NCBI RefSeq assembly: GCF_009914755.1
Contig: NC_060941.1
DNA: 64,000 bases
Origin: the human T2T-CHM13v2.0 reference genome, Homo sapiens
Reading direction: 5' to 3' (one strand)
The notes below the pieces were generated by a model. That model did no database searches. It was not told the DNA's origin and saw only the letters and a list, made by a program, of their open reading frames with translations. The position numbers and the translations under genes are program-made. Shown one piece after another: positions 56,981 to 64,000 of the stretch (position 1 is its first letter; the number at the start of each line of letters is the position of its first letter).

Positions 56981-57986
56981 TTTCTGGATTTTAAAAAACT
57001 CACTATTGTTTTTCAATAATCTATGAGGGGTGAAGGAGGTACAGACATCTTTCTTGGGATTCTTAAGTTAGAATCTCCTGTTATTCTTCTAATTAGAAAA
57101 AGGATTAATGATGTTAAAAAAGACAAATCTTATTGTTAATGGCTCTGCAAACCAACAACACAAAAATATTTAGAGAAAAGTGCTGAAGGAAATGCATTAG
57201 AATGCTAAATCTTTAAATGGTGAATCTATAAGTGTTCTTTTTCTTTAATTCTGCCTTTGGTTTTTCTTTCTTTGACACATTGAGCACATATTACTTTTAC
57301 TGCTGGGAAAAATGTAAGTTGAAATAAAAACAACATAGAAAACACTGAATCTGCTTTTAGAAAATGACTACCATGATATGTGTGTGTATGCGTGCGCACA
57401 TGTGCATACGCATGGGTGTTTTAGCGGAATCTAATCTAATCTGTGTGTCTCTCAGAGTTGGGAGGTAGAGCCTTAGGGCTTTAACTAGAGATGAAAAGAC
57501 ATACATGGAACAATGGATGGAGTCCTGCAGGGAACCATTGTCTGCCTGAGCAGAAAGCTTGTACTTGTATAACAGTGCCTGGGAAAAAAAATGAAAACTC
57601 ATTTCATTTTGGGATAATTTTATTGTAAAGTATACCACACATACAACAGAGAATAAAACTTTATTACATAGTTAAAAAAATATTAAAATAAACACACATG
57701 TATTCACTCCAGATTAAGAAATACATTTCTAGAAGCTAAGAAGCTTCCTGTATATTTCTCCCCTATTTCTCTGTCTCCCTAATTCCACCCTCTTCCTCCC
57801 CAAACAGAGGTAGCCACTATTTTGAATGTTCTATTATTTCCTTACTTTTCTTTATGATATTACTACCTATATATGTCTCCCTAAATAACACATTATTTAG
57901 TTTTACCTGTTTTTGAACTTCATATAAATGGAATCATAATAGATGTATTCTGTGGTTTGTGTATTTTTTACAACATTATATTCTTA

Positions 57987-58306
<320 letters not shown>

Positions 58307-58766
58307 AAAATAGTGCATGTAATAGTGAAAGTGGATGTCATTTTCCATATTGAGAATGACTTTATTACTGTGTATTTCCAATTTTTTGCTATTTTGAACA
58401 GCAATCCTTTGAAAATTCTTGTTCATCTCTCCAGGATATCTGCTTTTTTTTTTCTGTTTTAATCTCACAAAACACTACCAGTTTGGTTCTTTTACACCTG
58501 TTTCAGAGTATATGCAAGTAGGTTAAAACAATTTTCCTAAAGACACAAAGCTGGCAAATACTGGGAGTTTGAACTCAGGGTTTCCTCATTCCACAGCCCA
58601 AGTGATTTACTATTACACGATGCCACCTTCCTTTTAGTGATTGCCTTGTGGCACAGCTGCATGAAATTGTGGATACTGAGGTCAATCAGGTCATAAAAAG
58701 CCTCTTTTGATCTGATTTCATGCTTATCAAGCAGCCTTCTGAAATCTGGCTTCACATACTCTACAC

Positions 58767-59091
58767 CAGGGGTCCCCCTGGCCCTGGACCAGTACCTGAC
58801 TGTGGCCTGTTAGGAACCAGGCTGAACAGCAGGAGGTGAGTGTAAGTGAGCATTACCGCCTGAGCTTTGCCTCCTGTCGTATCAGCGGTGGCATTAGATT
58901 CTCATAGGAACATGAACCCTATTGTGAACTGTGCATGTGAGGGATCTAGGCTGCGCACTCCTTATGAGAATCTAACTAATGCCTGGTGATCTGAGGTAGA
59001 ACAGTGCCATCCTGAAACCATCTCCTCACCAACCCCCAACCCCCATCCGTGAAAAAATTGTCTTCCAAGAAACTGATCCTGGGGACCACTG
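58767..59091. mobile_element. MER1B-like hAT-Charlie DNA transposon
   Basis: TIRs CAGGGGTCCCC...GGGGACCACTG; 8-bp TSD-like CTCTACAC/CTCTAAAT. Confidence 0.85.
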
Positions 59092-60119
59092 CTCTAAATC
59101 TACAGGAAGGAATGAGATGCTTTGAAATAAACACCTGAGCTCCCCCATATTTACATTTCCCACTGAACAGTAATCAAGTATCACTGTGACTCAGCTATTT
59201 CTGTTTTGAGTTTGGGGTACGAAATCACCTTCCCTCAGAAGGGAACTTTGGGGTCCTAAAAAGATTAATTTTATGGTCCTGACATGTCGAAGACTAGGTC
59301 TTAGATACAATTAATTTCACCAAGGACCTGCCATTCCAGTGGCAATTCTTGGCAGCCGGACAGGTGGCTTTTCCTGGCAACACCCCAACAAAAACTTGAG
59401 CTCTTTTGCCAATGTTTACATTGTGTACTCATGATTTATTATCTACTGGATCTCAGATCCTTTGTTCCCGCTGGAGTAAAGCAATTTTTTTTTTTTTGCA
59501 CTAGTGCTTGATGTCTTGTGGAGTTACTATGGAGCAAGCTGAATAACTGCAGCCTGGTGCTGAGATGTTGGGCTCAGTCTTGCCTATGCCCCTTGTCACT
59601 GAAAATGCCCCTGCTCACAGAAACACAGCTAGGATGTATATATATGATTTTTTTTTGACAAGATGGAAACCGTTTGGATTAGGGGAAGCTGACGTCGTTG
59701 CTATGTATCTGTTCCATAGCAACAATGACAGGTTGCCAACTCAATCAGATGTGTCCCCTCCCAATATTAGGCTACAAAATAATCTGAAAATTGCCCAAGT
59801 CTCAGGGAGAGGAGAAAGACAAAGAATCAAGAAAAACAATAAATATTAGCACACCCCAGAGATACTTCTGACCACGAAAGCTTTCTCATTGCTTTCCAGC
59901 TCCAGTCCACAAATATCAATGTAAAATTTTCTATTTTCTGCAGGTGACCTGCGAGACTCTGCCACTTTGAGAACTTGGCAGATAGTTACTAAATACACAG
60001 CATAAATATAACCTGTTGGTCATTTCTGTGGTGGTGGTGTGCTTCCAGCAGACTCAGCTCCTCAACTCACCTTACAAGCTTAATTCATGTATAAATCTGA
60101 CCTCAAGCTATGTGGGAAT

Positions 60120-60479
60120 TTCATTCATCCATTTTCACACTGCTGTTAAAGACATACCTGAGACTAATTTATAAAGAAAAAGAGGTTTAATGGACTCACA
60201 GTTCCACATGGCTGGGGAGTCCTGACAATCACGGTGGACGGTGAAAGGCACGTCTTACATGGAGGCAGGCAAGATAGAAATGAAAGCCAAGTGAAAGGGG
60301 AAACCCTTTATGAAACCATCAGACCTCGTGAGACTTATTCACTACCATGAGAACAAAATGGGGGAAACTGCCCCCCATGACTCAATTATCTCCCACCGGC
60401 TTCCTCCTACAACATGTGGGAATTATGGGAGCTACAATTCAAGATGAGATTTGGGTGGGGACACAGTCAAATCATATCA
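60120..60479 (-). mobile_element. THE1-family LTR ~105 bp upstream of the exon 2 acceptor
   Basis: ...gagatttgggtggggacacagtcaaatcatatca is the reverse complement of the THE1 5' end. Confidence 0.88.
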
Positions 60480-60625
60480 GGAATAAATGAAGGGACCAAC
60501 CTCAGTAGGATGGCCTTAATCTGTTGGTTTTCCTGCCTCTCCTATTCTTGTCCTGTTCTAATGGTTCTATCTTTCTGTTTTTCAGGAGAACATTTCAGGA
60601 TAGGAATAGGCCAAGTGCTGAGAAG

Positions 60626-61637
60626 ATGAGTCTTAGGATTGATGTGGATACAAACTTTCCTGAGTGTGTTGTAGATGCAGGAAAAGTCACCCTTGGGACT
60701 CAGCAGAGGCAGGAGATGGACCCTCGCCTGCGGGAGAAACAGAATGAAATCATCCTGCGAGCAGTATGTGCTCTGCTGAATTCTGGTGGGGGCATAATCA
60801 AGGCTGAGATTGAGAACAAAGGCTACAATTATGAACGTCATGGAGTAGGATTGGATGTGCCTCCAATTTTCAGAAGCCATTTAGATAAGATGCAGAAGGA
60901 AAACCACTTTTTGATTTTTGTGAAATCATGGAACACAGAGGCTGGTGTGCCACTTGCTACCTTATGCTCCAATTTGTACCACAGAGAGAGAACATCCACC
61001 GATGTCATGGATTCTCAGGAAGCTCTGGCATTCCTCAAATGCAGGACTCAGACTCCAACGAATATTAATGTTTCCAATTCATTAGGTCCACAGGCAGCTC
61101 AGGGTAGTGTACAATATGAAGGTAACATAAATGTGTCAGCTGCTGCTTTATTTGATAGAAAGCGGCTTCAGTATCTGGAAAAACTCAACCTTCCTGAGTC
61201 CACACATGTTGAATTTGTAATGTTCTCGACAGACGTGTCACACTGTGTTAAAGACAGACTTCCGAAGTGTGTTTCTGCATTTGCAAATACTGAAGGAGGA
61301 TATGTATTTTTTGGTGTGCATGATGAGACTTGTCAAGTGATTGGATGTGAAAAAGAGAAAATAGACCTTACGAGCTTGAGGGCTTCTATTGATGGCTGTA
61401 TTAAGAAGCTACCTGTCCATCATTTCTGCACACAGAGGCCTGAGATAAAATATGTCCTTAACTTCCTTGAAGTGCATGATAAGGGGGCCCTCCGTGGATA
61501 TGTCTGTGCAATCAAGGTGGAGAAATTCTGCTGTGCGGTGTTTGCCAAAGTGCCTAGTTCCTGGCAGGTGAAGGACAACCGTGTGAGACAATTGCCCACA
61601 AGAGAATGGACTGCTTGGATGATGGAAGCTGACCCAG
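60626..61637 (+). CDS. SLFN5: Schlafen family member 5, first coding exon (aa 1-337, Schlafen core/AlbA_2 domain); exon 60586-61637; CDS continues outside the window
   Basis: MSLRIDVDTNFPECVVDAGKV... recognised as SLFN5. Schlafen motifs CALLNSGGG, VSAFANTEGGYVFFGV and Zn ligands HFC...CC. Acceptor polypyrimidine-TTCAG|GAG at 60585/60586; donor CCAG|GTTAGG at 61637/61638. Confidence 0.97.
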
Positions 61638-62377
61638 GTTAGGGAGCAATATCCACAATGGTTGTAATGTTTGCTGGCAGCAAGGCAGGGCGGGTCAGAG
61701 AGGAAAGAGGGATATGGTATTCCTTGGAATCTGGGGAAAGAGATTTACTCTCTGATTTGCAATTGTCTGACTTATTAATCCCTGTAGATGTAGTTCGTGG
61801 ATTATTGCCCTTCCTTTCTTCTGCCATCTTAAATAGTCTTCATTCAACAGATGCCCTGGCTAGTAGCCCCATTAAAGGCTGGTGCAGGGGGCTGTTTGAC
61901 CTAGTTATTTCAATTTTCACATCCTTTCTTATGTTCATAGTCAAGCCTCTTATTTTTCAATTATGAGCTTGCATTTAATTATTTAGGAAATTTCTTTTTT
62001 TCACATGTACAGATGTGTCCACTTTAATTTACTGCCACTTTCCTCTGACTTTCCCTTCTTAAATATTCACCCTTTCTCACTGCCCACTTCCATTTTTTGA
62101 ACCAAAATATGACCAAATCACGGCTTTCGCTCTGCTTTCCCATTTTTCCTTTGGGGAGCCGGTACGTGATAAGCCAGAGGATGGTTGGTGACATGCATCT
62201 ATCCTGGAAAAGGAAAGCCTGAGATAAAATTAGACAGAGAAAACCAATAGTAACTTCTTCAAAGGTCCAGAAAAAACAAAGTCCACCTCAGAATCTGCTC
62301 AGGTGTCTATATCCATTGGCCTTTGCATCTTCTCATCATTTTTCTTTAAAAAGTAGCATTCTAAAAATATAAAAACA

Positions 62378-62670
62378 GTCTGGGCACGGTGGCTCATGCC
62401 TGTAACTCCAGCACTTTGGGAGGCCGAGGGGGGCAGATCACCTGAGGTCAGGAGTTTGAGACCAGCCTGGCCAACATGGTGAAACTCCGTCTCTACCAAA
62501 AATACAAAAAATTAGCTGGATGTGGTGACGCACGCCTGTAATCCCAGCTGCTCAGGAGGATTGCTTGAACCTGAGAGACGGAGGTTGCAGTGAGGTGAGA
62601 TCATGCCACTGCACTCCAGCCTGGGCAACAGAGTGAGACTGTTTCAATAAATAAATAAATAAATAATAGA
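62378..62670 (+). mobile_element. AluS with (TAAA)n tail in intron 2
   Basis: Alu dimer with a small internal deletion. Confidence 0.9.
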
Positions 62671-63324
62671 AATAAAAATAGTTTTGTTTTGACATAATAA
62701 AATTAAAAAGTGTTGCTTTATGCTAGGTTATTTTTTCCTTCAAAAACCTCAGTAGGCTTTCCTGAGCTGACCTGAGATGTAAAGGCAAGTATCTGTGGGC
62801 CGTGGCTTGAGTTGTAAGACTAGGTGAAAGACTTTGTAGCACAGCTCAGCTATAAGTTGGGGTCTGCCTTTTTGCATATTGAATCCTTGGTTCTTGTTTC
62901 CTAAGACCTTTCCAGGTGTCCTGAGATGGTTCTCCAGTTGAGTTTGTCATCTGCCACGCCCCGCAGCAAGCCTGTGTGCATTCATAAGAATTCGGAATGT
63001 CTGAAAGAGCAGCAGAAACGCTACTTTCCAGGTAATTGGCCATCTCTGGTTGCTTTGGAATATGTTGATTGTTCATTCATATAAAAAATTGACTCCTACT
63101 TTATATTATATACAGAATCAATTCCAGAGGTTTAAGGACTTAAATATGAAAGCCAAACCTTTAAAACTTTTAGTAGAAAGTGTATATGAATAATTGTATC
63201 ATTGGGGTAGGAAAGCATTTCCTAAACCAGACACAAAAGGATCAAACTTAAAAAGACTGATAAATTTTACTACATTAAAATTAAGAACTGTTCCTCAAAA
63301 TATACCTTAAAGAAAGTGAAAAGA

Positions 63325-63947
<623 letters not shown>

Positions 63948-64000
63948 TAATTTTTTCATTTTTAAACAATGCTATAATATACATTTTACCATAATATACC

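Noticed and set aside
60524-60625. N-terminal 34 aa of the 372-aa track ORF (MVFLPLLFLSCS..., signal-peptide-like)
   Set aside because: It starts at a TTG within the intron and runs through the polypyrimidine tract; the SLFN5 start is ATG 60626.

Overview
Primate (very probably human, 17q12 Schlafen cluster) genomic DNA. The only protein-coding gene I can support is SLFN5 on the + strand. It has a CpG-island promoter with a consensus ISRE, an inferred non-coding exon 1 (~45008-45078), a 15.5-kb intron 1 and the first coding exon (60586-61637, ATG 60626) encoding the Schlafen core domain. The rest of the gene lies beyond the window. Everything else is a layered transposon landscape: a near full-length L1PA4-like element (-) carrying a MER11 solo LTR and an open ORF0; older L1M fragments; an LTR16-flanked ERVL provirus; a decayed gag-pro-pol provirus in intron 1; MaLR LTRs; DNA-transposon relics; and dozens of Alus. 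Almost all ORFs in the supplied track are repeat-derived noise. The most unusual unexplained structure is a ~600-bp fold-back at 12893-13493: 178-bp inverted arms around an AT-rich 39-bp minisatellite built from the hairpin tip. There are also templated inverted insertions at 24.9-25.9 kb and reading-frame coincidences that allow extended, fused, truncated or circular SLFN5 products. I see no solid evidence for a wholly new biological system; the findings are testable hypotheses. Repeat family names come from recalled consensus sequences, and repeat boundaries without a stated TSD are approximate.
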